Source: Pseudomonadota bacterium (GTDB taxonomy: Bacteria; Bdellovibrionota_G; JALEGL01; DATDPG01). Taken from it: a stretch of 64,000 bases of DNA. The first letter of the stretch is position 1; the number at the start of each line of letters is the position of its first letter. The notes under the pieces were generated by a model. That model did no database searches. It was given only the letters and a program-made list of their open reading frames with translations, and was not told the origin of the DNA. The stretch lies in NCBI GenBank assembly GCA_043809315.1, contig JAZDDX010000016.1, forward strand, positions 64,001 through 128,000, in the 5' to 3' direction. A program made the translations under genes and the position numbers. Below are positions 8,536 to 18,575 of the stretch, piece after piece.

Positions 8536-10191
8536 ATGATCAACTCAGCCAAAACAAGAACGGTTCTCGGCTTGATCTATCTCCTGGCCGGCGCTTTATT
8601 GGCCGCGGTCGTGACGCTCCATGCCTTCGGGACGGTTAACCAATCGTTCCACGGCATCCTGCCGTTCGAAAACGGCTACGTCGGCGCCTTCACACAGCCG
8701 AGTTGGGAAGGGGGCAAACTCGGTCTCAAATATCACGATCGGATCGACGCTCTGAAGTTGGCGCTCTCCACGCTCTCATCGGCCGACGTCTTCTCGATCT
8801 TCGTGCCCCTGGCCGCGACCGGCATCTGCTTTCTCCTGATCGGCGCCTTCGCCTTCTTCATCTACCCCGCCCCTCCCGGGATCCTGCCGTTTCTCTCGTA
8901 TTGCGGTGCCGCCGGCGTTTACTTTCTGACCGCCTACGACTTTCACACGACTTATCGCTTCGTTCCGCTTCTCTTGATCACGTTCACCTTCATCCCGGCG
9001 ACCGTCATCCACTTAGCTGTCGCCTTCCCCAAACCGATTGTGCAGAAAAAGGTGCAGAGACTCGCCACCCTCCTCGCCTACCTCATCTCCGTCGTCATCG
9101 GGATTCCCTATCTGTCTCTATTCCACTCCCAACCCACCCTATGGGTCCGAGCCGAATACAGCGTCGTCGCCTACCTCTCGGCCGCCTACCTCCTCTGGAC
9201 CGGCGTCATGATCTACCGCGCGACGCGCGACCCGGACCAAGCAACCCGAGACCTATGCCGCCTCCTCCTGGTCCCCCTCTTGACCGCCTTCGGTCTTGTT
9301 TTCGTGGCCGGCTGGCTCGTTTTCGTCTTCAACCGCGCCATCCCCTTGAACTGGATCGCGCCGGTCTGCCTCATCTTTCCCGGCGCCATCGCCTACGCCA
9401 TGCTCCGGAGGAACCTCTTCTTCGTCGACTACCTCGAAACCCAGATCCAGAAGCGGACGCAGGAACTGAACGAAGCGACCAAGCTCGCGGCGGTCGGCCT
9501 TCTCGCAGCGGGAACGGCGCACGAGATCGGAAACGCGATGAACTTGGTCTCCAGCAACGTGCCGGTCTTGCGAAAGTATGCCGATCGTCTTCTCGCTCTC
9601 GGATCACGGGCATCGGTCGAAGAAAAAGAAAAGGCCGACTTCCAGTTCGTTCAATCCGATCTCCCCGATCTTCTTTCGAATCTGGACCGCGGAGCTCAGC
9701 GCGCCATGGGGATCGCGACCGACTTGAAAACGTTCGCCCGTCCCCAGGCTAGCGAAAGGGGAGAGATCGACCTTGCCGAAGCGATCGAAGCGACCCTCCG
9801 CCTTCTGCGCACCGAACTCGGCACACGCATCGCGGTGAAGAAACAGTTTTCGCCGTCTCTTCCCAAGCCGGTCGGATTTCCGGGACAGATCCACCAGGTC
9901 GTCTTGAACCTCCTCCTGAACGCCATCCAAGCGATCGATGGAGAGGGAACGATCGAGATCGGCGTCCGCGCCGAGGGGAGACAACTGATCGCCACGATCC
10001 GCGACAGCGGCAGAGGGATCCCCCCCGAGGAGTTGAACCGGATCTTCGAGCCGTTCTTTACGACCAAGGAGAAAGGGACCGGGTTGGGGCTCTCCGTCAG
10101 CTACGGGATCATCGCCGCCCACGGCGGGAAATTATCGGTTGCGAGCGCACCGGGGCAGGGTACCATCGTGACGATGGTCCTGCCGATATGA
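8536..10191 (+). CDS. Multi-pass membrane sensor histidine kinase (NtrB-like)
   Basis: Multiple TM helices, AHEIGN H-box, NLLLNA, DSGRG, FEPFFTTK and GTGLGL boxes. Confidence 0.92.
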   Translation: MINSAKTRTVLGLIYLLAGALLAAVVTLHAFGTVNQSFHGILPFENGYVGAFTQPSWEGGKLGLKYHDRIDALKLALSTLSSADVFSIFVPLAATGICFLLIGAFAFFIYPAPPGILPFLSYCGAAGVYFLTAYDFHTTYRFVPLLLITFTFIPATVIHLAVAFPKPIVQKKVQRLATLLAYLISVVIGIPYLSLFHSQPTLWVRAEYSVVAYLSAAYLLWTGVMIYRATRDPDQATRDLCRLLLVPLLTAFGLVFVAGWLVFVFNRAIPLNWIAPVCLIFPGAIAYAMLRRNLFFVDYLETQIQKRTQELNEATKLAAVGLLAAGTAHEIGNAMNLVSSNVPVLRKYADRLLALGSRASVEEKEKADFQFVQSDLPDLLSNLDRGAQRAMGIATDLKTFARPQASERGEIDLAEAIEATLRLLRTELGTRIAVKKQFSPSLPKPVGFPGQIHQVVLNLLLNAIQAIDGEGTIEIGVRAEGRQLIATIRDSGRGIPPEELNRIFEPFFTTKEKGTGLGLSVSYGIIAAHGGKLSVASAPGQGTIVTMVLPI

Positions 10192-11552
10192 CGACACGAA
10201 AGATCCTCTACGTAGACGACGATAAAGAAAACCTCTCGACGCTCCGAAGGGTCCTCCGCGGGGAGTACGACGTCGAGACGGCAGAGAACGCCGAGCAGGG
10301 GCTTGCGACCCTCAAAAGGCTCCCATTTGCGGTCGTCGTTGCAGATCAACGAATGCCGGGGAAAACCGGCGTCGAGTTCCTCAAGGAGGCGATCGCTCTC
10401 GACCCGAACCGCGTCGGGATCCTTTTGACCGCCTACGCCGACCTGAAGCCGTTGGTGGAAGGGGTCAACTCCGGATCGATCTACCGATATCTGACAAAAC
10501 CATGGCAGGAAGCAGACCTTCGAGCTGCTCTTCGCCAAGCGTTCGAGAAGTTCGATCTCGTTCAACAAAGAGACCGCCTTCTCGAAGAGTTGAAACGGAC
10601 CAATCGATACTTGCGCGACGAGATCGACGGTCAGTTCGACTACTCGGCTCTTGCCGGGGCGGAGAAGGGGCTCAAGGGGGTCGTCGGAATGATCACGAAA
10701 GTCGGTCCGACGAACTCGACCGTCTTGGTCCGCGGTGAAAGCGGTTCCGGGAAAGAGCTGGTGGCGCGCGCGATCCATGCGGCGAGCTCTCGAAAAGAGA
10801 AGCCGTTCGTGCGGGTCAACTGCGGGTCGCTCGCGGAGGGGCTCCTCGAGAGCGAACTTTTCGGTCACGAAAAAGGGGCGTTCACCGGTGCGGCGGCACG
10901 TCGAATCGGCCGGTTCGAGTCTGCCGACGGCGGAACGATCTTCCTGGACGAAGTAGGGGACATCTCCCCGAAGCTTCAGGTGAGCCTCTTGCGCGTCATC
11001 CAGGAGAGAGAGTTCGAGCGGGTCGGCGGAAACGAGACGATCCGCGTCGACGTCCGGCTGATCGCGGCGACGCACCAGGATCTCGAAGGGATGGTCAAGG
11101 AGGGGAAGTTCCGCGAGGACCTCTACTACCGTCTGAACGTCTTCCCAATCACGATCCCACCTCTCCGGGATCGGCTGGAGGATCTCCCCACGCTCTGTTC
11201 GCGTCTCCTTGAGCGGGCGGCGAAGAACACCGGCGTCGCGCTCAAGAAAATCTCGCCGGAGGCGATGGCAAAGCTTGACGCGTACGACTGGCCCGGGAAC
11301 GTCCGGGAACTCGAGAACGTACTGGAGCGGTCACTGATTCTCGCCGCAGGGGATACGATCGTACCTGACGATTTGGTCCTCGGCCCCGGGATCGACGAAT
11401 CGATCGCGCTAACCGATGCCTCGACCTTGAGCAAGGAACAGATCTTAGAAACGATTCAGGCGTGCGGCGGGAACAAGGTGGAGGCGGCGCGAAAGCTTGG
11501 GATCAAGCGCCCGACGCTCTACTACCACCTGAAGCGACTCGGGATCTCCTAA
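10188..11552 (+). CDS. Sigma54-dependent response regulator (REC-AAA+-Fis HTH, NtrC family)
   Basis: VDDD, DQRMP, GESGSGKE, GAFTGA and WPGNVREL motifs, C-terminal HTH; ATGA overlap with the kinase gene. Confidence 0.95.
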   Translation: MTTRKILYVDDDKENLSTLRRVLRGEYDVETAENAEQGLATLKRLPFAVVVADQRMPGKTGVEFLKEAIALDPNRVGILLTAYADLKPLVEGVNSGSIYRYLTKPWQEADLRAALRQAFEKFDLVQQRDRLLEELKRTNRYLRDEIDGQFDYSALAGAEKGLKGVVGMITKVGPTNSTVLVRGESGSGKELVARAIHAASSRKEKPFVRVNCGSLAEGLLESELFGHEKGAFTGAAARRIGRFESADGGTIFLDEVGDISPKLQVSLLRVIQEREFERVGGNETIRVDVRLIAATHQDLEGMVKEGKFREDLYYRLNVFPITIPPLRDRLEDLPTLCSRLLERAAKNTGVALKKISPEAMAKLDAYDWPGNVRELENVLERSLILAAGDTIVPDDLVLGPGIDESIALTDASTLSKEQILETIQACGGNKVEAARKLGIKRPTLYYHLKRLGIS

Positions 11553-12469
11553 GCGCTGCGCTCTTCGAGATAGCGAGCCGCCTCGATCGCGGCCATGCAT
11601 CCCGATCCGGCCGCGGTGATCGCCTGGCGGTAGACGTGATCCTGGACATCCCCCGCCGCGAAAACCCCTTCGATGCTGGTCCCTGTTCCGCCGTTCTTTG
11701 TGACAATGTAGCCGGTCGGAGAAAGTTCGAGGTGCCCTTCAAATAGTTTCGTATTTGGCTGGTGACCGATCGCGACGAAAAGGCCGGTCGCATCGAGCTG
11801 CCGCGTCTTTCCGCTCTTCACATCCTTGAGGCGCAAGCCGGTCACGTCTTTTTCCCCCGAGATTTCGTCCACCACGGCGTTCAGGACGAGCTCGATCTTC
11901 GGGTTCTTCTTGACCCGCTCCAGCATGATGTTCGAGGCCCGGAACTGGTCTCGCCGATGGATCAGGTAGAGCTTCGACGCGAACCTCGTAAGGAAGAGCA
12001 CTTCCTCCATCGCCGTATCCCCGCCGCCGACCACCGCGACGACCTGGTTCCGGAAGAACGCCCCGTCACAGGTGGCACAGACGGAAACCCCGCGCCCCAT
12101 CAACCGTTGCTCCTCCGGTCGCCCCAACAGCTTCGCGGTAGCGCCGGTCGCGACGATCACCGTCTCGGTCTCGATCTTCTCGCTCCCCACCTCGATTGCG
12201 AACGGCCGTTTCTTGAAGTTCACCTTCGTAACGTCCTTGCCGACGATCCTCGTTCCGAAACGCTCCGCCTGCTTCCGGAAGAGCCCCATCAAATCGGGAC
12301 CGACCACCCCATCCGGAAACCCGGGGAAGTTCTCGACCTCCGTCGTCGTCATCAGCTGCCCCCCCGCCGCAAACCCCTCGAAAAGGAGCGGGTTCAAGAG
12401 TGCTCGGGAGGTGTAAATCGCGGCGGTCAGACCGGCCGGGCCGGACCCGATAATCGTCACTTTTTCCAT
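11549..12469 (-). CDS. trxB: Thioredoxin reductase
   Basis: GSGPAG, CATCDG, GGGDTA and AAGDV motifs; start set at MEKVTII. Confidence 0.96.
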   Translation of the reverse strand: MEKVTIIGSGPAGLTAAIYTSRALLNPLLFEGFAAGGQLMTTTEVENFPGFPDGVVGPDLMGLFRKQAERFGTRIVGKDVTKVNFKKRPFAIEVGSEKIETETVIVATGATAKLLGRPEEQRLMGRGVSVCATCDGAFFRNQVVAVVGGGDTAMEEVLFLTRFASKLYLIHRRDQFRASNIMLERVKKNPKIELVLNAVVDEISGEKDVTGLRLKDVKSGKTRQLDATGLFVAIGHQPNTKLFEGHLELSPTGYIVTKNGGTGTSIEGVFAAGDVQDHVYRQAITAAGSGCMAAIEAARYLEERSA

Positions 12470-12548
12470 AGGCGGAGATAATCTAGTCACCTTGGGAGTC
12501 GTCGACAAGGGTTTCGCGAAACCGGGGCCCCATGGTATGTTGCAGTCG

Positions 12549-12911
12549 GTGCCGAAGGAGCAGGAAAAACGAAGAGTAGGGCCGCGGGCTCGGGTCGAGG
12601 TCGATATCGACCTCTCAGCGTTCGGCCACTACGATTTGAGCAAGCTCACCAACGTCTCGATCGGCGGCGCGTTCATCCGAACCACGGCCGTCCAGCCGAT
12701 CGGAACCCGGATCGGGATGACGTTTCACCTGCCGGGAGACAGCGAGGCGATCCGGGCGGAAGGGGAAGTGGTCTGGGTCTACAACCAACCGGGAAAAGGG
12801 CGGATGAACATGACCGGGATGGGGCTCCGGTTCGTCGAGATCGACTCGAACCATCGGGAAAAGATCCGAAAGTTCGTCGAAGACGCTACGATCGACGAGC
12901 TAATCTCGTAA
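12549..12911 (+). CDS. PilZ-domain protein (start 12549 GTG or 12537 ATG)
   Basis: RRVGPR and NVSIGG c-di-GMP-binding motifs, GMGLRF. Confidence 0.85.
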   Translation: MPKEQEKRRVGPRARVEVDIDLSAFGHYDLSKLTNVSIGGAFIRTTAVQPIGTRIGMTFHLPGDSEAIRAEGEVVWVYNQPGKGRMNMTGMGLRFVEIDSNHREKIRKFVEDATIDELIS

Positions 12912-13287
12912 GCACCGGTCGATCCGCCTCCAAAAAATCATATCGATCAAATTCATCCCGAGCGACCCAGGCCAACGCTTTGTGTTCGTTGGATCGAGTG
13001 ATCGCCCCACGGATCCACGAGCAATGATAAAGACACAGACGGATCGAAAGGGTCGGATAATCGTGTTCGGTTTCGCTCTCGAGTTCCCCCACGGTAATGT
13101 CAATCCCCAGCTCTTCCCGGATCTCACGTCGGAGCGCCTCTTGATCCCCCTCCCCCTCCCGGACCTTCCCGCCGGCGAACTCCCACTTTCCCGCGAACGG
13201 CCCCGTTCCGGCCCGCTGCGTGGCCAGAAACTTCCCGTCTTTTTCAATGAGCGCCCCCACGACCCGGATTTTTCTTCGCGGCTCCAT
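12886..13287 (-). CDS. NUDIX hydrolase, MutT/NudG-like
   Basis: WEFAGGKVREGE...ALRREIREELG Nudix box. Confidence 0.88.
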   Translation of the reverse strand: MEPRRKIRVVGALIEKDGKFLATQRAGTGPFAGKWEFAGGKVREGEGDQEALRREIREELGIDITVGELESETEHDYPTLSIRLCLYHCSWIRGAITRSNEHKALAWVARDEFDRYDFLEADRPVLTRLARRS

Positions 13288-13317
13288 TCCGTCGCCGTTT
13301 GAGATACCATCTTCTCG

Positions 13318-13989
13318 ATGAAGCGGCCATGGATTGGAATCGCCCCGTATCTTCGGACCAAGGAAAACGGAGTTGAAACGATCGGCGCCGATCGATCGTA
13401 CGTCGACGCCGTGGAGAAAGTTGGGGGGCTGGTCCTGATCCTGACACTCGACACCAAACGGATCTCCGAATACCTCCGCCTCTTGGACGGCCTTCTTCTG
13501 ACCGGCGGCAAAGACATCCACCCGAAGTTCTACGGGGAGCGATTGCCCGCCGGGCCAGCCGACCTATCTCCGGATGCAAGAACTGAGTTCGAGCTTGCGA
13601 TCACGAAAGAGTTCATCAACGGTCGAAAGCCGATCTTGGGAATTTGTCTCGGTTGCCAAACTCTGAATGTGGCGGCCGGAGGCACGTTGATCTTCGACCT
13701 ACCCAGCCATCAGAGGACGGAACACCCGATCACAATTGCCGAGAAAAGCCTGCTCGCCGGCATCATCGGCTCCCGTCGCCCGATCGTGAACTCCCGCCAT
13801 CATCAAGCGGTGAAAAAGCTGGGGCGAAAATTTATCCTCTCCGCGAAAGCGGACGACGGCGTGATCGAGGGGATCGAACTCCCCAGCCATCCGTTCGCCC
13901 TGGGGGTTCAGTGGCATCCCGAAGACGAGATGGATAAGAGTTCGAGTAAGAAACTGTTCCGGGCGTTTCTCCAAGCTTGCGGCGGTTAG
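13318..13989 (+). CDS. Peptidase C26 / gamma-glutamyl-GABA hydrolase family glutamine amidotransferase
   Basis: LLTGGKD, GICLG, VNSRHHQA and GVQWHPE motifs. Confidence 0.9.
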   Translation: MKRPWIGIAPYLRTKENGVETIGADRSYVDAVEKVGGLVLILTLDTKRISEYLRLLDGLLLTGGKDIHPKFYGERLPAGPADLSPDARTEFELAITKEFINGRKPILGICLGCQTLNVAAGGTLIFDLPSHQRTEHPITIAEKSLLAGIIGSRRPIVNSRHHQAVKKLGRKFILSAKADDGVIEGIELPSHPFALGVQWHPEDEMDKSSSKKLFRAFLQACGG

Positions 13990-15134
13990 ACCTTCCGGGC
14001 GGACGTAAGATTCTCTGCCTTGGTTTCCAAGGCGTACGCCGACCCGCGCTTCGGCTCTTCCGCGAACTTGAGCTCCAGGAGATCCCCCCGTCGCGTCGAA
14101 TTGAGCACCCCCCGTTCCCCGTCTTTTTTCCGATCGAACCGAATCGCGATCTTCCGATCGGGGGCGCAGACAATGAGGAGGTTCCCGTTCTTCGTCTCGA
14201 GCGGGTCGCTTAAGACACGGTACCGATCGGCCCGTGGAGGACCGTTCCCCTTCTGAACGACCAGGTACGAATACTTCAAAAGCCCCGAGTGATGGCCGAG
14301 CGTTCTCTCGAGCCGTCGGCGGATCGGAGGGGGGGACCATTTGACATCGAAATGGCACCAATCGCGCGGCTCCGCGTTCAACGGACAAACCCCGCCGTGG
14401 TCACAAGGGATCGGAGTCCGGATCGATCCTTTCTTCATCCACTGATCGCGGAACGCGGTCAGATCCCGGGCCGTCTTTTGTAACGCCGGGTCGATGAAGA
14501 TGATCATCCCTTCGGGGGCGACGTTTTCACGAAGGATGCGATCGAAGAACTCGACCCTTTGTTCGTCCCCGATCTTGAGCGACATCTCGTTCAAGACGTT
14601 GGAAGCAAAGACGAGGTCGAAAGCCCCCTGTCGTTGGAGCGTCCCCGGCGTACGCGGGTCGAGAAAATAGGCGTGAACGGTCCGGAGCTTGGGGCTCCAC
14701 TGCCAGATCTTCGCCGCGACCGGGAGGATCCTTTTCTCGCCGTCGAGAGCGGCCGCCTCGGTGATGCTGCCGCCGAACCGCTGTTGGGCCAGGGCAAGAG
14801 CCCAAAGAGAGGGAGCGGTCCCGCACCCCAAATCCAGAACGCGGACCGGTCGGTTCATCCAGAGTCCGCGGCGCTGGCACTCTTCCAGAACCGCCAGGGT
14901 CCGGGCGACGCTCGCGAGGTGGAAGTAGAGGAGGTACGCCGCCCTCCCCTCCTTCGTCGTGAAGTAATTGAGGTCGATCTCCTTGCGGTCGAGCGTGAAC
15001 CCGTCGGAGATCCGGCGGGAATGGGCCGCAAACGACTTGTATAACTGGGGAGGGATACTCTCCCCTTTCCAGGTCTGTCCCCAGCTGTCCCGATAGATGA
15101 ACGAGATCAGCGCGCGTTCGAGTTCTTCCCACAT
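13986..15134 (-). CDS. Rsm22-like SAM-dependent methyltransferase
   Basis: AAYLLYF, LDLGCG, PCDH...CPL...DWCHF and KYSYL motifs. Confidence 0.8.
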   Translation of the reverse strand: MWEELERALISFIYRDSWGQTWKGESIPPQLYKSFAAHSRRISDGFTLDRKEIDLNYFTTKEGRAAYLLYFHLASVARTLAVLEECQRRGLWMNRPVRVLDLGCGTAPSLWALALAQQRFGGSITEAAALDGEKRILPVAAKIWQWSPKLRTVHAYFLDPRTPGTLQRQGAFDLVFASNVLNEMSLKIGDEQRVEFFDRILRENVAPEGMIIFIDPALQKTARDLTAFRDQWMKKGSIRTPIPCDHGGVCPLNAEPRDWCHFDVKWSPPPIRRRLERTLGHHSGLLKYSYLVVQKGNGPPRADRYRVLSDPLETKNGNLLIVCAPDRKIAIRFDRKKDGERGVLNSTRRGDLLELKFAEEPKRGSAYALETKAENLTSARKV

Positions 15135-15180
15135 CCTCGCCGTGTACTACCTGAAGAAGTCGTGATAGTCATTCGCCGCT

Positions 15181-17862
15181 ATTCGGCTCTTCCTGATAGA
15201 CGGCTCGGCACTCGCATACCGGAGCCACTTCGCTTTCATCTCGAACCCGCTGACCAACAGCCGGGGGATGGCCACCGGCGCCGTCTTCGGCTTCACGACA
15301 ACGCTCTTACGGCTCTTGGAAAAGGAGAAACCGGACCACATCGCGGTGGTCTTCGACTCTCCGGAACCGACCTTCCGGCACCAGGAGTTCCCGGCGTACA
15401 AAGCGACACGGGAGAAGATGCCGGACGAGATGGCGGACCAGCTCCCGTACATCCGCCGTGTCGTGGAGGCGATGCGGATTCCGTTCCTCGCGATGCCGAC
15501 TTTCGAAGCGGATGACATCATCGGAACGCTGGCAAAGCAGGCCGCCCGCAAAGAGATCGAAGTCTTCATGGTCACGGGGGACAAAGACTTTCTGCAGCTC
15601 CTAGGTCCCGGCATCCGGATGTATCAGATGAAAAAAGGGGGGGAGATCGAGATTCTCCAGGAGGACGCCCCTATGAAGCGATGGGGGGTCCCCGCGAAAC
15701 ATGTCACCGACATTCTCGCATTGATGGGGGACTCCTCCGACAACGTCCCGGGGGTTCCGGGGATCGGCGAGAAGACCGCGATGAAGCTGATCCAGCAGTT
15801 CGGATCGGTCGAGGATCTCTACGCATCTCTCGATAAGGTCACTCCCGACAAGGTCCGCGAAAAACTCGCGGCAAACCGCGAACAGGCCGAACTCTGCAAG
15901 AGGCTTGTCACGATCCACGAGAATGTCCCGGTCCCGATCGACGTCGACGACCTCGAACTTAGGTCCCCTGACCTTCCGAGGCTGCGGGAGCTTTATCAGG
16001 AGCTCGATTTTCATTCTTTGATCGATTCCCTCGCCTCAGTCGGAGGGAAGACGACCGAAGAGAATTCGTACGTTCGAGTGGAGACGGAGAAAGATCTCGA
16101 AAAGCTGAGCCGGACTCTTCGCGGATCAAAAGAGTTCGCGTTCGACACTGAAACGACGAGCCTGAACGAACTCGACGCAAAACCTGTCGGCCTCTCCTTT
16201 TCGGCGGCCGAGGGAAAAGCGTTTTTCGTTCCGCTTCATATCTCCGGCCTCTCCCCCGCCACCGTCTGGGAACATCTGAAGCCGATCTTGGAAGATCCGA
16301 AACGGCCGAAGGGGGGACAGAACACGAAGTACGATTGCGCGGTCCTCAAGAACGTCGGAATTAACGTTCAGGGGGTATCGTTCGACACGATGGTCGAATC
16401 GTACCTCCTCGATCCGGAGGCGCGCCAGCACGGCCTCGACGCCTTGGCGCTGAGGTACCTCGGGATCCAGAAGATCCCGACCGCCGAGCTGATCGGAAAG
16501 GGGGAGAGCCAGATCTCGATGCTCGACGTCGATGTCGACCGCCTTACGCGATACGCCTGCGAGGATGCCGACGTCACCTACCGTCTCCACACCCTCTTCA
16601 CGCCGCAGATCGAGCACCAAGAGTTGAAACATCTCTACCAAGAGGTCGAGCTGCCGCTCATTGAAGTACTCGGCGACATGGAAAGGACCGGGATCGCCGT
16701 CGATACCGCCAAATTGAAGGAACTCTCCATCCGATTGACCCAGCGCCTGGAAGAGCTGACACGGGAGATCCACAAGCTCGCGGGGGAGGAGTTCAACATC
16801 GCCTCTCCGAAGCAGCTCGGACCGATCCTGTTTGAAAAGCTCAAGATCCAGGAGAACTCGGGCGTACGGCGGGTGAAGAAGACGAAGACCGGATATGCGA
16901 CCGACCAGGAGACGCTCGAAGCGTACATCTCCCACCCGGTCGTCGCGAAGTTGATCGAACATCGAAACCTTTCGAAGTTGCTTTCGACTTACATCGAATC
17001 GCTCCCGACGCTGATCCATCCGAAGACGGGCCGGATCCACACTTCCTTCAACCAGACGGTGACGGCGACGGGGCGTCTCTCCAGCTCCGACCCGAACCTA
17101 CAAAACATCCCGATCCGGACCGACTTGGGGCGTGAAATTCGGAGGGCCTTCATCCCGGGGGAAAAGGGGTGGAAGCTTTTCTCCGCCGACTACTCGCAGA
17201 TCGAGCTTCGACTCCTGGCCCATCTGGCGAAAGACAAGACGCTGATCGAGACGTTCCAGCGCGGGGACGACGTCCACCGGACGACGGCGTCGCTGATCTT
17301 CGACGTTCCGTTGAACAAAGTGACATCGGAACTGCGCAGCCGAGCGAAGGCGATCAACTTCGGCGTGATCTATGGGATGGGTCCGCAGCGCCTGGCCCGT
17401 GAGACGGGGATTTCGATGGAGGAGGCGAAGGCGTTTATCGAGGCATATTTCGAGAAGTACGCGAACGTCCGCGCCTATCTCGACAGTCAGATCGAGAAAG
17501 CTAAGGAGCGGGGGTTCGTCACGACGTTACTAGGCCGGAGGCGCGAAATCGCCGACATCCGGAGTTCGAATCCGCGCTTCGCTTCGAACGCGGAGCGGAT
17601 CGCCGTCAACACGCCGATCCAGGGGAGCGCCGCCGATCTGATCAAGGTAGCAATGGTGCGGATTCACCGGAGTTTGAAAGAAAAGCCACTCCGCGCCCGG
17701 ATGCTAATTCAGGTGCACGACGAGTTGGTCTTTGAGGTTCATCCAGACGACGTCTCTTCGCTGACCGCCCTGGTCCGCAAGGAGATGGAGAACGCAATCG
17801 AGCTAATCGTGCCGATCGTCGTCGACGTCGGCGTCGGCGACAACTGGGCCGATGCGCACTGA
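15181..17862 (+). CDS. polA: DNA polymerase I (start uncertain; ATT at 15181 precedes the conserved N-terminus)
   Basis: LFLIDGSALAYRSHFA, 5'-3' exonuclease motifs, DTETT, ADYSQIELR and QVHDE. Confidence 0.95.
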   Translation: MRLFLIDGSALAYRSHFAFISNPLTNSRGMATGAVFGFTTTLLRLLEKEKPDHIAVVFDSPEPTFRHQEFPAYKATREKMPDEMADQLPYIRRVVEAMRIPFLAMPTFEADDIIGTLAKQAARKEIEVFMVTGDKDFLQLLGPGIRMYQMKKGGEIEILQEDAPMKRWGVPAKHVTDILALMGDSSDNVPGVPGIGEKTAMKLIQQFGSVEDLYASLDKVTPDKVREKLAANREQAELCKRLVTIHENVPVPIDVDDLELRSPDLPRLRELYQELDFHSLIDSLASVGGKTTEENSYVRVETEKDLEKLSRTLRGSKEFAFDTETTSLNELDAKPVGLSFSAAEGKAFFVPLHISGLSPATVWEHLKPILEDPKRPKGGQNTKYDCAVLKNVGINVQGVSFDTMVESYLLDPEARQHGLDALALRYLGIQKIPTAELIGKGESQISMLDVDVDRLTRYACEDADVTYRLHTLFTPQIEHQELKHLYQEVELPLIEVLGDMERTGIAVDTAKLKELSIRLTQRLEELTREIHKLAGEEFNIASPKQLGPILFEKLKIQENSGVRRVKKTKTGYATDQETLEAYISHPVVAKLIEHRNLSKLLSTYIESLPTLIHPKTGRIHTSFNQTVTATGRLSSSDPNLQNIPIRTDLGREIRRAFIPGEKGWKLFSADYSQIELRLLAHLAKDKTLIETFQRGDDVHRTTASLIFDVPLNKVTSELRSRAKAINFGVIYGMGPQRLARETGISMEEAKAFIEAYFEKYANVRAYLDSQIEKAKERGFVTTLLGRRREIADIRSSNPRFASNAERIAVNTPIQGSAADLIKVAMVRIHRSLKEKPLRARMLIQVHDELVFEVHPDDVSSLTALVRKEMENAIELIVPIVVDVGVGDNWADAH

Positions 17863-17889
17863 GAACCGATTCAATCCAGTCTTGTACTC

Positions 17890-18465
17890 TTACTGCTGAA
17901 TGATGCCGCAACCGTTTTGCGCCTGAGAGCAATCCAGCGTTAACGTTGCCGGGGGCCCGGCCAAGGCTCCGCAAGAAGCAGTCTCGTTCAGCACGACGCG
18001 AACGACTTGGCCACCGCCAAATATGTTGTACGTGTAGCGCACCTGAATCGAATACCCGAGGTTGCTGTACGGACCCCCCGATAGAAGTACGCCATCTATC
18101 GTGTCGACGTGTTGGAATAAGATCGCCGCGCCACACGGATTATAGGTCGGAAGAGACCAGTGGATCATGATTTGGCAGGTACAAGAGAAACTCGCGCACT
18201 GCTGAACGCAATTATTGAAACCGAGACCTACCGGTGCGCTCGGCGCACCTGGTGTTGCGGTCGGTGTTGCAGTCGCTGTCGGGGTTACGGTCGCGGTTGC
18301 CGTCGGGGTAACCGTCGGCGTCGCCGTCGCCGTGGCGTTCGCCGTCGGAGTTGCGGTCGGTTCGGTCACGTTACTCAGCTTCTTTCCGGCGACGGGCTCC
18401 GCCCCACCGCAGGCGGTTGCTAGGAGAGCGACACAGAGTCCAAATTTCAGCCTTTTTCCAGCCAT
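17890..18465 (-). CDS. Lipoprotein with Thr/Pro/Ala-rich linker and Cys-rich C-terminal domain
   Basis: Lipobox ATAC, TPTAT-type repeats, six Cys after the linker, GAGGGG RBS. Confidence 0.75.
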   Translation of the reverse strand: MAGKRLKFGLCVALLATACGGAEPVAGKKLSNVTEPTATPTANATATATPTVTPTATATVTPTATATPTATPGAPSAPVGLGFNNCVQQCASFSCTCQIMIHWSLPTYNPCGAAILFQHVDTIDGVLLSGGPYSNLGYSIQVRYTYNIFGGGQVVRVVLNETASCGALAGPPATLTLDCSQAQNGCGIIQQ

Positions 18466-18479
18466 CCCCTCATTAGAGG

Positions 18480-18495
18480 AGCAATGGCTGTGCCA
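18480..18495 (-). promoter_or_regulatory. Sigma54 promoter of the lipoprotein gene
   Basis: Minus strand TGGCAC-AGCCA-TTGCT, a full consensus match; degenerate IHF-like site at 18512-18524. Confidence 0.8.
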
Positions 18496-18575
18496 GGTTT
18501 GAATCTAATCAAAACAGTGGGTTAGCAGTCGCTCCCGTACCGATTTCAGCCAACGATGAAAAAGGTGCGTAGCTC

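Noticed and set aside
18250-18370. Short tandem repeats resembling an array
   Set aside because: They encode the Thr/Pro/Ala linker; there is no repeat-spacer structure and no cas genes in the window.
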